Below, in pieces: positions 1 through 12,475 of a DNA stretch of 64,000 nt. Position numbers and translations under genes: made by a program. This DNA is from Ascidiella aspersa (Eukaryota), in assembly GCA_963924565.1 (NCBI GenBank), contig OZ004612.1:9424001-9488000 (forward strand), written 5' to 3'. Each line of letters starts with the position of its first letter. Position 1 is the first letter of the stretch. The notes under the pieces were generated by a model. That model was not told the origin of the DNA, made no database searches, and saw nothing but the letters and a program-made list of their open reading frames with translations.

Positions 1-343
1 GTCATTTGAAGCAGTTCTGTAAAAGGAATTCGATATTCTACTTTGAACATCCCTAATTGAGGCACATACATTGGTCCAGGTTCGGCTCCCGAGTAGTTCC
101 ACATTTCGATATGTAGTAAAGTAATGTTGAATAATGATATACTCGCAGCTTGGCCGGGTTGAACGGAAGGGCGATTAAACACAGCAGTCATTATTCCTCA
201 AGTAAAAATTGAAACGACTCGCGCGAGTCACATTCTAAATTAACAGAAGTTCGCCAAAACTCAAACTCGTACAGAAAATCTAAGCTTCTCTTTTTCACGC
301 AAATAAGAAATTGAGCGTAGCCAATTTAAAAGCCCCCAAAGAG

Positions 344-466
344 TGACAGTACCCAAAAGTCGCAAAAAATGACAGTACCCAAATCAAAATCCCTAAAAGA
401 GTTGAAGTCGCAAAAAAGGACAGTACCCAAATCAAAATCCCTAAAAGAGTTTAAGTCGCCAAAAAC
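344..466. repeat. 48-bp tandem repeat (~2.5 copies) overlapping the Xkr stop codon and proximal 3'UTR
   Basis: acagtacccaaatcaaaatccctaaaagagtt(g/t)aagtcgc at ~372 and ~420, with a truncated copy at ~346. Confidence 0.85.
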
Positions 467-3400
467 GAACGTAAACAAGTGAAACAATAAACTGGTACCG
501 GTACCTGGTGGAAGGACTTGAGTTGTTCTTTGGTGAGAAAGAAGATCTCGCTTGTCTCGGCCTGCTTGCAAACAGTCCAGCCAGGATCGATCGGAAGCCA
601 GTATCCCTCGTCCTCAATACCAGCCTCGTCTGGTTTGCAGCAGCCGCACAGGATACGCGAGGCGCTGGGGTATGCGTGCGCTGTAAAGGCTCGCATCTTG
701 TGCACAGCTAGGTAGTAGATCACGCAGAAGATGCAGCCCGCAGCGTTTAGCAGCAGGTCGGTGGCCATCAGGGCGTAGTACCTATGGATGGGTGTATTTG
801 ATTGGTTAAAATATTCCTTATATACGACTTGTGAACGTCGTCGCGCACTTGGAGAGCACAGCACGATGTTGGACAAAGTAGCATTTTTGTTAAAAATAAT
901 TTAATTAATTAGGAACAAGAATCAAATAACTAGAATTATGTAGTTGCCAAAATATGAACGTGGGGAATCCTTGTGTAAAGTGGTGTTACTATGTCCTCTT
1001 GGCCTCTTCCATTTCACTTTAGCTTCGACGAATCGCGGCAATAAAAATATAGTTCAGATTTTTACTTACCCTGGTTCTACTCATGGGGCTTAATCTAACA
1101 AGTATATGGCAAATTATAGTAAGCAAGAGCTACGAAAAAGGGTATTTCAAACATTTCAAGTGAAATTTTGAAATTACTAATTAGCGCAAGTTCTGTATTT
1201 TGAATTTTGAACATTTTACGGCTAAACTAAGTCTATTCCTTGAATAAACGTTATTATAAATGACAGGTGCCTGGAACATAAAAGGCTCCCTGCAGTTGCA
1301 CCATACATTGACGAATACGACGACCCTCTCTTGAACGTTAGGCATTGGACACATACCATTACCCGAAAGGCAATTCACACAAAACCTCCACATTTACAGC
1401 AAGGTGCGATTTTGGCAGTTATTTCGCATGATTATATTTAACTTACTGGTAGGAGTTAAGGTAGGCGTCGAGATCCTGTAGTGAATAGATTATGCCGGGG
1501 AGTAGAAACAACACCAGGTTTTCCGTCACATAAACCATGTAGTACCTGCGACAAATCAGTTTATTTTGATTAATTGATTTTAAAATAAAACAGATCGCCT
1601 GAAATTTGGAAACACCGTTATTGTTCCGCGTGGCTTTGTAAGTACATTAGAAAAATGTTTTTGCAGAAAATAAGTTGTTACCTAATGATTTCTTTAGAAT
1701 ACATTCGCGAATTTAAACTGCGTTTTTTAAAAACTTATTCTCATTGGGTTTTCGTGAATTTTAATATAATTTAAATTTATGCTTTTAATATTTTACAAGG
1801 CTAATTCCCTTCTCGTTCAAATCATCAGAAAGCTTACAACTCGGTTCTACTCGTTTGACTTACTCGAAATGACCAAATCGGTTTTACTCGTTTATAACTA
1901 CTTATATACCCAGTGGCACTAACTGACTTCTAAATCGTTTTCTTTCCCTGTTACTTTTGTCCTGTTTTTTTTTCGAGATTTATCCTTTTTATCTTCACTT
2001 GAACTTTACACTGATGTCCTTTTTATCTTCACTTGAACTTTACACTGATGATGGCATGAGGCAGGGGGGGGGGTAAACTGCGGCTCCCCAGCATGTTTTT
2101 TGTGGCTCTTCTAGTTGAATAGTAAAATTCCCCGAAAACTGTAAAGGCTACCAAGAGTACCGTTTATGAATGTTTCTCTCTTTTTTTTCTTTATTCAGGC
2201 CATCATTTTGTTTATGACGTAACACTAGACATAGAATCCGAAGAGTTAGTTAACAAAAGACTGATATTGATAAATATTGTGCGTGTTATTTTGTTACTAC
2301 CCGTATTATTATTGCGGTGATTATATTACCGTTTTGCTATATTACAATTCTGTTATTATTGATGACTTTCCATTATTTACCGTTTTTGCATTGAAATATT
2401 TTTGAGGCTCTCTGGTATATGTATTTTCTGCAAATGGCTCTTCCATTGAATATATCTGCCCACCCGTGGCATGAGGTATTGCCGAAACGTTTGTAAACAA
2501 CGAAATGTCGATTTTATTGAATATAATGGCTTTATTATTTTTATTAAAATACCTTTACTCGCAAAAGGTCGCAAATCGCACATCAAATAAAGTGCCCTTA
2601 CCAGAACATGAAGCAGTAGGGTTGGTCAATGTAGGCGTGGTAGTAGGGCCGCACGTGAATAAAGATGGCCATCAGGCTTGCGTGGAAAACCGACATGAAG
2701 TCGTGGCTGAGAAAGATGTAGGCGCGGTATTTGTAGTCGGCCTGCTGCAGTTGCTTCGAAACCTTTAAAGGGAGGTTGGGAGGTTAAATTACGAATCAGT
2801 GAAATCTATTTGGGTTAGTCAAGCTGTTTTTTATTCTTGGGTTAACAGTAAGAATGCCAGATACTCTGGTATGAACCGACACAAGAAAGATTTTGGGTAC
2901 GGCTGTCTAAACTGATAAAAGGCGCTATGACGATGGTCTAACAACCAAAATTAATCAAATGTAATATTTTAATTTTTAATGAACCTTGAGGAATTTCTAT
3001 TTGGTATTTCTGATAAATTTTTAGGCCCTTCAGGCTGGAAACTGCAGCGTTACATCGCAAAAAAGAAGTGTTTACCACCTTTATTAGGTGTCGGTAACGA
3101 TACGATAACATCAGAAATCCCTAGTTACCAGTCCTGAGCAAGAGGATCCTGCTTCACATGTGCGCATATATAGTCGTATGGACATTTTGTAAAACTGTTA
3201 AAAAATGCATTCTCGCACGCAGGTATTTTTACCACACGATTAAGTTATTGATCAACTATTCGTCTTAAAAAATATTTAAGTAAAAGATCCCAAGATGAGT
3301 GATTACATCAGAAACCTTGAATGGTTTCGTAGGGTTACTAAAATTGTCATGCACTTAAATTTAAAACTTTGTCAGTACAAGACAAAATTGACTGTGCATA

Positions 3401-6400
3401 CAATTACCTTATTGAAATCGGGGTACCAGCGGTATACAAAGTAGCAGAGAATGATTCCCCAGTGAAGCAGAATGGGAATGAGCACAAACCACGAGAAGAA
3501 GAGAGTGAAGAAAACAAAGGCCAGAATACGGGCGGCAAGAAAACTACCCTTGTATAACTGAAACAAAAACACAAAATTAGGCTAGATGAATTTTATGTAA
3601 CCACACATCCAGGAATAGGAATTTAAGTTAATACTACTTTTTGGCGTTTTATGATCCAAATTCTAAACAATAACTACAAAAAAAATAAGTGCTAAATTTT
3701 TTAAGTGGGATGAAGAAATATAAATCGTTGTTTACATTGGCGGTTTCGTTTTTAGTTTAAATTAACACTCAAGAACACAAGTGTATTTACAAATGGTTGC
3801 ATTTGGAATTTGCTTGTTAAATACTTAATTTTTCTAAATGGTTAAGCAAGTTGATTTTAAACACACGTAAATACATTAAATTGCACAAAGGAAGCATGCC
3901 TAAATCAAGCGTTGCCACATTTTGAAAAAAAAAATTAAAATTTATAAGTTTTGAAATACCTAAATTACATTGCTTGAATACCAAACATAGGCTGGGCATT
4001 AAAACAAATTTAAAAACTATTCAACGATTCAATGACCAAATCAATTCGAAGACTTTGTGGCAACCCTGCAAACAGTACAGGAACTGCTACTTTCCGTTTT
4101 TGTTATCATTGGATGTATTGTTATCTACAATTCTTATTTAACAATTAACAACTGAACTAACAGTGATAAACAATATCTGCGGCCACTCCAGTCTTGTGTG
4201 GAAAGCTCGGGAATGGATGAGTGTGCGATCAACCATCCATTGGTCGGCCTCGTTGTCTTTTCTCGTCTTGTCGTAGCGCACAACACCACCGCATAGGGAC
4301 AGGTAGGAAAGTACCGCCGATATGTACTGGATCACGCTGGTCTCTTTGTAGGTGGCGATCAGGTATAAATTGATCAAGAGCTGGAAAAAAACACAAAATT
4401 GTTTTGTGGCAAGAAAGCACTATTCATTAGCTTTTAAATGATTAAAATCAAATATATATTTGCAAAAGAACACTTTTGTGGAAGATAAATTGGCCATTAA
4501 CACTAAGTTTTTATAACAAACATTAAAAAAATAAATTAGTTTGTGTCCAGTTGATTAATTGATGCTGAACATTTCCATTCTAAGCATTTAGAAACCTTGT
4601 TTCCAGCTCTGTTAGATTTCAGGTAAATAAGGTGTTATTTAATCATTCAAGATTTATCATCAAAATGTTTAATAAATTTCGATAAAAATACCTGCGGAAG
4701 AGACTCCAGCATGCTTTCTGACAACTTGAGCTTGTTAAGATGAGAAAGCCACTGTTCCCTTGTCAAACGCTGCCACCAATTGTCCTTATCCTTTTTGTCA
4801 GGGCCATCATTGTCGATAGCAGTCAAGGACCCCATGCTCAGTGAAAGATTTGCATTGAGGGGAGGATGCACCACTTCACTGCCGTGGATGTTGGAATCCT
4901 GAAAAAGTGTTAAGCTTTATCACAAGCAGTGATAATAGTACCATAATAGGTATTATTAGGGATGTACAAATATATCATTGGGATTTGTTATTAATCTAAT
5001 AAGGTGGTATCGACTTGTCAAATTACTTTCTGAATTTAGTCATAGTTTGCTATCTAAAACAAACTCATCTTTAAGTATTTTAACAATTAAAGTGAACTGC
5101 ATTTTTAAATTTCAGCTTAACAACCCAGAAAATACTATGTTCGCTAGTTTCAATTTCACTATTATTGCCAATTAGACACTAGTCACACGGCATCTTTGGT
5201 AAAACATCAGATGTATTTTGTGCCCAAAGTTTTTGTTCCAGATCAGAAGAAATAACAAAGTGTCTGACATAACTAGTGGAAGCACTGTTTGTGGCAATTG
5301 TAATTTAGTCCTGGTGACCAATGACTGAAAGAAACTCACCAGTCTGTACAGATTTTAATGCAATATTCAATGCTACAAGGTTAATTCAATTCATGTGATT
5401 TTTCCTTCTACAGACTTAACATAGGCATAATAGGTCATTAAATAATAAATCAATTGGATGATAATAGGCTTGCAATGAAAAAGCATTCTATTCCTTGACA
5501 GCCTGGCACACATATCATCTGACCTTGAAAGGTACTCACCTCATCAGCTGCATTTCTACGGTAAAAGTCAAGTTCATTTAAACTTGACAGTGATGCTCCC
5601 CGCGATCGCTCAAGTGTTGTTGGGCTGTACCATTGGGCTGTTGTCTTTTTATTGCGATGCCCTCTAATAAAGTATAAAAAATCAAGTTTTACAAAACACC
5701 TGGTAATAAAATGTTGTCCTATCACAATTTGTAAAAATCAAATCAGTTGACAACAATGTTAAGGTCTGTTAAGATAATTAGGAAATAAAATTTACGAATC
5801 ACAACATTTAAGCTAATCAAGCAACCAATGACCTACTGTGGAAAGTATGGCAAGTGCACCTGTCAATGTTTTTAACAGATCAAACCTGCATTCCGACTTT
5901 TATATATTTTACACCTTTGCTGCACTCTTGTTGCGTTTTTTGTTATTTTCTCTATTTTTTCTGCTATTCACCCGAGAAATCTTGTTGATATCTGCCATAC
6001 TTTCCAGACGAGACAACGACAAGCAACCTACCTTATATTGTCAAGCCAATTGCACAGGAAGGTGTATGAGAGTCTCAGGTGGTACCAAATGACTGTCAAT
6101 TGAAATGGTATGTTCAATGCAGTTCTGAGCAATATTATTGGCCACTTGAATGATTTTCCATGGGTTTTCCTCAAGAAGTTAAACTCAAGTACTGCCAATA
6201 ATATTGAGGGAAGGATGATAAACCCCAACGACAGTGCAAAGGCATAGTGCCATCCATTTTCCCAATAAAACACTAAAAAGCAAGTTCAAGATATTAATAC
6301 TTAGTATACAAGAATATGTTTTCTATATTAAACTGATTTAGTTTCAAGGCTGAATGTTAAAGACAACAAGTAGTTTATACATAAAAAACATAGAATAATT

Positions 6401-6591
6401 TAAATAAGAATTTGGATAAACAAACATAAAGACTTACCTAAAGTGATGGTGTCTGTTACTATGTCTGCGAAATACACGATTGTGGTTCCGAAGGTAAACG
6501 CAAATTCAATGAACAGAAGATATGGGGCAGGGATGTCCGGAAATTCAAACGAACAGCATTTTTTGCCTTTCTTCTTTCGTCCAGGCGCCAT
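451..6591 (-). CDS. XK-related protein (Xkr/CED-8 phospholipid scramblase family), 9 exons, ~561 aa
   Basis: Phase-compatible GT-AG exons (minus): 6438-6591, 6032-6272, 5540-5663, 4692-4898, 4162-4380, 3408-3557, 2602-2762, 1447-1545, 451-781; 1686 nt, open. XK hallmarks: YFADIVTD in TM1, then YWENGWHYAFALSLGFIILPS, ESMLESLPQLLINLY (cf. EAFLESAPQ), FLAARILAF and YVTENLVL. Paralog cannot be assigned by eye. Confidence 0.9.
1983..2050. repeat. 34-bp direct duplication
   Basis: The unit ending atcttcacttgaactttacactgatg occurs twice in tandem and includes the 5' part of the hammerhead motif. Confidence 0.85.
2039..2497 (+). ncRNA. Minimal type-I hammerhead ribozyme motif interrupted by a MITE
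   Basis: Removing the MITE and one TSD gives TTTACA-CTGATGA-T-GGCA-tgaggtat-TGCC-GAAAC-GTT-TGTAAA: 6-bp stem I, CUGAUGA core, 4-bp stem II, GAAA, palindromic ACGU in place of helix III, NUH = GUU. Confidence 0.75.
2062..2468. mobile_element. Non-autonomous hAT-type MITE
   Basis: Perfect 8-bp TSD GCATGAGG (2054-2061 and 2469-2476); imperfect TIRs CAGGGG...GGTAAA / TCTGCCCACCCGTG; a second copy lies at 60685-60950. Confidence 0.85.
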
Positions 6592-6850
6592 GCTTCAACT
6601 CAAAAGTAAAGCCCTAATTTCGGCCCTCACTTTTCTAAAACATAAAAAGTTATTAGCAATTTAGTTGATTTTAGTGTGCGAGTTGCTGTAGTTATTCTTT
6701 TAACAAGTGTCGATAAAACTTCCAAAGCTTTCTCAAACAGCAACAAAAGACGTAAAAAGTTGAACCGACTATGAACCACCTATTGGTTTCTTGATAATTG
6801 CTAAAATGGACGCCATATTAGATTCTAGTCATATCAGATACAAGGTAAAA
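6592..6850. promoter_or_regulatory. Probable divergent (bidirectional) promoter region
   Basis: Head-to-head gene arrangement; ATTGG at ~6782; YY1-like AAAATGGACGCCATATT at ~6804; plus-strand donor CAAG/GTAAAA at 6844/6845; minus-strand acceptor-like TTTTAG ~45 nt upstream of the Xkr ATG. Confidence 0.4.
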
Positions 6851-7705
6851 GTAAAGAACAGTTACTGAGACTTTTATTGTTTAATTAATCGATTAGCTAA
6901 GAGGTTAAAATAGACCTGGCAAAAATAATTGAGCAACTTCGTCGAGCAAATTGACGATGTGATGGTTTGACTACTGGAGAATTTTACAGCACAAACCCTT
7001 AGCACCAAATGGGCAGATTAATCCTAAAGATATGGTCAAATGTGATTCTGCCATGCCGATTTCAATTAAAAATGGGCCCAATCAGGCACGTGCGGAGTTT
7101 TGCGGTTTGCACATTAATAAACCGTGCCGCGCAAACTGCGTTTCGCTTGCATATTGGGAAATCCCCGATGTGCAGTTGCACCGATCAGCTGTCTGTTGTT
7201 GTTGCTCTCAGTTTAGATCGGACGCCGGGTGTTGCTATGACGTTGCGGCCAATGCGTGCGTAGTGTGTCGCCAAATACAGGCGTTATAATTCGGTTCAAG
7301 AGAGCGTGCACTTGGCCTGACACAAGTGGCGATTACACACGAGCGAGTGGGCATGGTACGAGGCTACCGGTAAATGTCTGTGTCGAGGTCACGCAAGGTA
7401 GGGGGACAGACAAGCCTAAATAAAGGGCCAATAAATCACCCCTTTATGTCTGAGTCGATCAATAATTTGTGGTTGAATAGAAATGGTTATCCAACAACAG
7501 GCAGAATGGAGAGTCGCGCGTTACTAACCTCAAAACATTGGTGATGTCAGCACGATTGATTTTTCGTTTGTCGTTATTTAACATATAACGACGTCGTTTT
7601 TTCGATGATAATCAAATACACTGTTTTTCTTCATTTTGAGTAATGTCTATAAATTTTCCTATGAAGCGCAGTTTTTTAGTATGTTTGAATATTAGCGTGA
7701 TTTTA

Positions 7706-8160
7706 CAGGGTTGTAACTTATGACTTAAGTTGTTTGGGCAAAATCACTTGACTTGACTTAAGTTGTTTAGACAAACAACCTAACTTGATCTAAGACTTTT
7801 GAACAAATGACTTGGGTTGAGCCAGTGAAATAAAGTGTATCATTAAGCATTGTTTATAATTGGGTTATTTATATTAACTTTCGCACATAACAATTTGAGT
7901 GCTATATGTTGCATTTTTGTTTTTTTTTTAGTTTAGTTATTGTTCATAATCGAACAAGTTTATCAATTTAAGTTTTACCTTTTATGACAAGGACTTTACT
8001 TGAAATTGACTTCCTCTAATTATGACTTCACTTCTTATTTATTTAAAAAGAATTGACTTGGACTTGAGTTATTTTACAAATGATTTGATTTAGACCTAAG
8101 TTATTTTGCAAATGACTTCAATGGGTCTATTGTCATTTAAAAATAGCTTATTTACAACAT
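7706..8160. mobile_element. GACTT/AAGTC-rich non-autonomous DNA transposon family, copy 1
   Basis: Subterminal TGACTT repeats and a TTTACAACA end; similar to 22140-22596, 31343-31465 and 58242-58598. Confidence 0.65.
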
Positions 8161-8407
8161 TACAATTTTGGTTTTAAGTTAGTCTACAAAATCTACATTG
8201 GCTGTCATTAGAATCACACTGCAACAATAAACAGAAGTTGTTTACAAGTTCTGCAGTTTGTTTTTGTGGCCGCACTATGCAGCCAGGACAGTCATAATGT
8301 ACACCCTGTAAATCAATACATACTATATTTAAGTGCATTAGGGTGCTTTTTTTAATAAACATTAAGCAATACATGTTTCTGTTGTTCTATTTCTACAACC
8401 TATAACC

Positions 8408-10647
8408 ATGGGTTTTACCTATTTTTTGCTGTTAGTGTTGGTTGAAGTTCTTGCAACTGATTCAGGTAATTTCTCTGATTGATTGTGTTACAATTTTTAA
8501 TGTGATTGTGCAGTCTCTATATGTAATTTTTTGATAAGCTTAGTCATTGGTATGTTTTTGCAATACTTATATGTTTTTATTAAAAAAATGTCCACAACAG
8601 TTTTACTGTTAATACAAACAAAGTAGTTCTCAAGTTGTGTAAACAGGTGTGCACTAACAAGAATTGCTGTTGACACATAAATAAAAACTCCTTATTGTTT
8701 GTGAAGCATTATCTTATCGGTGAGCAATTTGAACGGCCATTCATTGCTGTGTGCCTTGCCAATAGGTATCTGCAAAGCCAAAGTGCCATTAGCTGTTTGT
8801 CTATAAATAAGTGATAAAATGGAATCAGCCTTTCAGAGTGGCGCGTCCCTAGAGTAAACAACTGTTGTCTGGCTTCTTAATCTGCCTATACCAATTCCTG
8901 CTTGCAATTTGCAAGTTGTGCTTTGCTCATATGAGACCAAAGTTGATGCTATTTCCCCGCTATCAAAGTATAAACATTTAAACGTTTATTGGTTTTACAT
9001 ATATTCATTACATTATAGTTTTTTGGCCAAATTTTTTTAAGTTTATTTACAAAGCACATTATTTCAGATATTGTTTTTCATTTACCCAGTACCTGTCTAT
9101 TCGGTGGAAGTGGAATTCGATTTGGTCACACCACAATATTGGGATACAAAAGTGACACAGACCTTTAAGGATTTTATCGAAACTTATGGTAATGAATATT
9201 GTGCTTCAAATGCCTCACTGTGCAACATCGAAAGGTGTGTACCCTGTCTCAATTTGATTTATACCTATTATAATGAAAATGACAATACAATGAGTTTTGA
9301 GTTAAACAATCCACTTTTGTTTTTTTGCAGTGATATTAAATCCAGTGATGTACTTTTTAATCCTGGATATCCAAAAGCGAAAGAAATTGATACTTTACTT
9401 TCATTTTATGTGAGCGATGGCAATTTTCACCTTCCTAAACAAGCCCTGGCAAGTATGAAAGTGTGTAACTGTGTTCTGTTTATAAACCACAAGCTAAAAA
9501 TAAGTATAAAGGAGCTTGTTTGCTGTTAAATACATTACGATAATAAATTATTTGTAATTACACCAGTATTCAATAAAAGCAATAACACTCCACTACAAAA
9601 TGAATGCTTAACAGTATGTTTAACTTTTTGCTTTGGGTCAGATGGGAGTTATTATTGATGGATGTGCTTGTATGCAAAATTTATTTTTCTCTAAATTGCT
9701 TGTTGTTGTCAGGCCTCCCTCTAGAAAAGGAGTCACTAAACTTTTGTACAAACTTATTTTGTTGTAGTTTGGTGACTCCTGTCCCAGAACAGTATAAGAC
9801 ATAACTTATTGTAATAAACACAATTAAAAATAGATCAAAATTTGTTTCTTGCTTAATTATTTTTTAATTTGCATGTTCAACTGTTTTCTAAAATAACTTT
9901 CCCTAAAGGAAATGCCAATGTTAAACTTTCAGGCATGGTCACACAGTATCGAATAGAAATACAAAATGAACTGAAGGCTGCTTCAACGGACACAGAGTAC
10001 AATGCCTTTCGAGTCGCCTATGTTGATGGCGTCTTGGTTCTTGACCCTTCAGATGCTACACTTGACAAGATTGCCATACCCATAATTTGTGTTGGTGTTG
10101 TGCTAATAGCACTGGGTATTATTGGATTGGACTACAGAAGGTTAGTATTTCTCCTACTGGGTTTGGTCAGACCAAACCCGCCTTTTCTATATATTTGAAC
10201 TGCATGTTTATCTTTAAGGTAGGCCCTTTGCATTGAAAGTTTGCACAAGCCCTAATGGTTATTTAAACAATGGTTTATCCTAAATATCCTTGGAATACCT
10301 TGACAAAATCTATAAAGTTCTCTTGTGTTACTTTACTCACAATTTGAAATGAAGTTTTTGTGCAGTATTTTATAGTTTATAACTTGATATACAATAAAAA
10401 TAAATTAATTGTACTAATATAAAAATGGTGAAATGATACTGGTTGGGGTTTATGCTAACTGCTTCTAATCTTCTTTTTTAGTCGCCAACTTGCTAAAAAA
10501 CGGGCATTAGATGAATGCGAAAGGAGAAAACTGGAAAAAACTACGCTTACATTGTCCCGAGACAGCACTGAACTTTTTCAAGCCAAAAAAGAACCAGTAA
10601 ATGAGGCCAGTAGAAATGGGAAAAGAAATAGTATTGATAATGTATAA
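8408..10647 (+). CDS. Uncharacterised single-pass type-I membrane protein, 5 exons, ~232 aa (signal peptide, ~140-aa ectodomain possibly SEA-like, TM helix, basic tail)
   Basis: Phase-compatible exons 8408-8465, 9090-9234, 9331-9452, 9933-10140, 10482-10647 (699 nt, open). Signal MGFTYFLLLVLVEVLA; TM IAIPIICVGVVLIALGIIGL followed by DYRSRQLAKKR; C-terminus NSIDNV*. Confidence 0.8.
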
Positions 10648-12475
10648 CTTAAAGTTATATATTCAATGTGCAGTATGTATCATTTGCGATTTTTTCATGT
10701 AAATAACAAGCTTGTTGCCTTTGCTCATATTTTATACCTGTTATCAAACTTTTGTTTAATTAATTAGTGTTCAACACACAGCTAAAAACAAACTTTTGTT
10801 TGATATTGCAGGCATACTTGCAGTTTGCACTCAAAACATTCAGTATAGGACCTAAATGGTGGTTAATTAGTTGCTTTAATGTCAATTTTGTTTTGAGAAT
10901 GTGCAATTTACTCACTGTAAAAGTACTGTCCAAGACAAGTTATGTGACCTTTAGCAGATTTAGTTTTCTGCAAACTTACCTTTCTGTAGTTATCTAATTT
11001 TTTTCTAGTAGCATAGGGTAGTTTGAGAGATAAATACCACACTGTAAAATTTGTGTAAACGAATCAAATATTTGAGTTTATTTATTGTTCAAAATATCTT
11101 CATAAAATTTAACACTTTCCTCTATAATTTCCTTGTTAATACACTTGTACATAAAACTTATTGGTTTCTTTAACACACTTTACTTTATGTTCATGTGTAG
11201 CCCTGTACCTTCAATATTTCGTTGCTTCTTCAAGACATAAGTTTATTTTTAACGTTTGACATGTAGCACTTAAACAGGTTGATTTACTTTTAAATTATTT
11301 ATGATATTGCACATTAACGACCTCTATTATCAACAACAGCTCCTAATTTTATAAATGAGTTTTCTTATAACCATGTCGGCAATAGCAATTCGTTTTTTTT
11401 AAGCCTAAAGGTGCTTCGGACTCCATGTGGTCTATTTTTATTGCGGAAGTCATACCAGCTATTCTTAACATTTTTCTGCGATACGTTGTCCACTGTTACC
11501 TGGTAATAGTTCAAATAAGATTATTTTTTATGCCATGTTACTAAGATGTTTTAATTTATGATGAATTCATCTTTTGTTTCATCCATGATTCTTTTTTATT
11601 CATCCGTGTGATACGTTTAACGTTGGCATAAAAACGAATAAAAGTTTGTATTAAAAGAAATTGTCCGTGGATACATTACGGGTTATTGACCGAATGTGTC
11701 ATACGAGTTTACCGAAATTTTTATGAATAGGCTCAAATTTCGGTCGAAATCCTACCGCAATCTTTTTACCCAGGCCGCAGTTAAATTGCTAGGCTCGCGC
11801 TTGAACCAGTTAAGAGTTTCATGAATATTTAATTGACGCTTCCCGTTTGAGACCTTTCCACCTTAAGCCGAAATGCCAACAATTATTCTACCTTAAACAC
11901 TGTGGCCTTGCAGTACTACTGTTGTCCGACCACAGTATAAAAGCCAACGTCGAGGACATTTTATTTTTTGTTAATTTTGTCCTTATTTTTTATTTGTGTA
12001 ATGGTTTCCTGTGTTCAGAACAGATATCTGTTATATTGCCAAACACAATATGTAATCTTGTCAATCGGAGTACTTTAATCTCTTTATGCATTGTAAGAAT
12101 GCCATTAATATGTTTTTAAACAAACCCCTTGTTCTTGTCACGTACCGTACTGAATTACCCATTGATCTTTTTTGAACAATGGTTGCCTACTGAATATCGA
12201 TTAGTTATCACTGTTTGGCAAATATAAATTCCAAGTACAGTGCGCAACGGATTTGTAATTCAAAGGGCTGTCGAACTTCTATGTTGTAGTTTATTGTGGG
12301 TACATGAAGTCTACTTAAAATTAAATTATTCAATTATAAGATAAATGAGGAATACACTTCATGATAAACCCCAGTTGGAAAAAAATATTTTACTTGATGA
12401 GTATGTCGTCACAAACACGCTTAAGAAAAATAATCGTTTTAAATTTCGAGAACAAATATACAACTTCACTTCAGG

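Noticed and set aside
326-571. 81-aa ORF with repeated DFNSFRDFDLGTV
   Set aside because: Out-of-frame translation of the Xkr last exon and the 48-bp tandem repeat.
5914-5999. Coding-looking minus-strand stretch (MADINKISRVNSRKNRENNKKRNKSAAK) in Xkr intron 2
   Set aside because: It needs a 32-nt intron and ends out of phase with the next exon; exon 2 joins exon 3 cleanly without it. A minor isoform is not excluded.
7032-7289. Cys-rich 85-aa ORF
   Set aside because: No signal peptide, recognisable Cys pattern or exon support; lies in a GC-rich promoter/intron patch.
11180-11660. Possible LINE 3' remnant ending AATAAAAGTTTGTATTAAAA
   Set aside because: No recognisable RT residues; may simply be the 3'UTR and poly(A) region of the membrane-protein gene.
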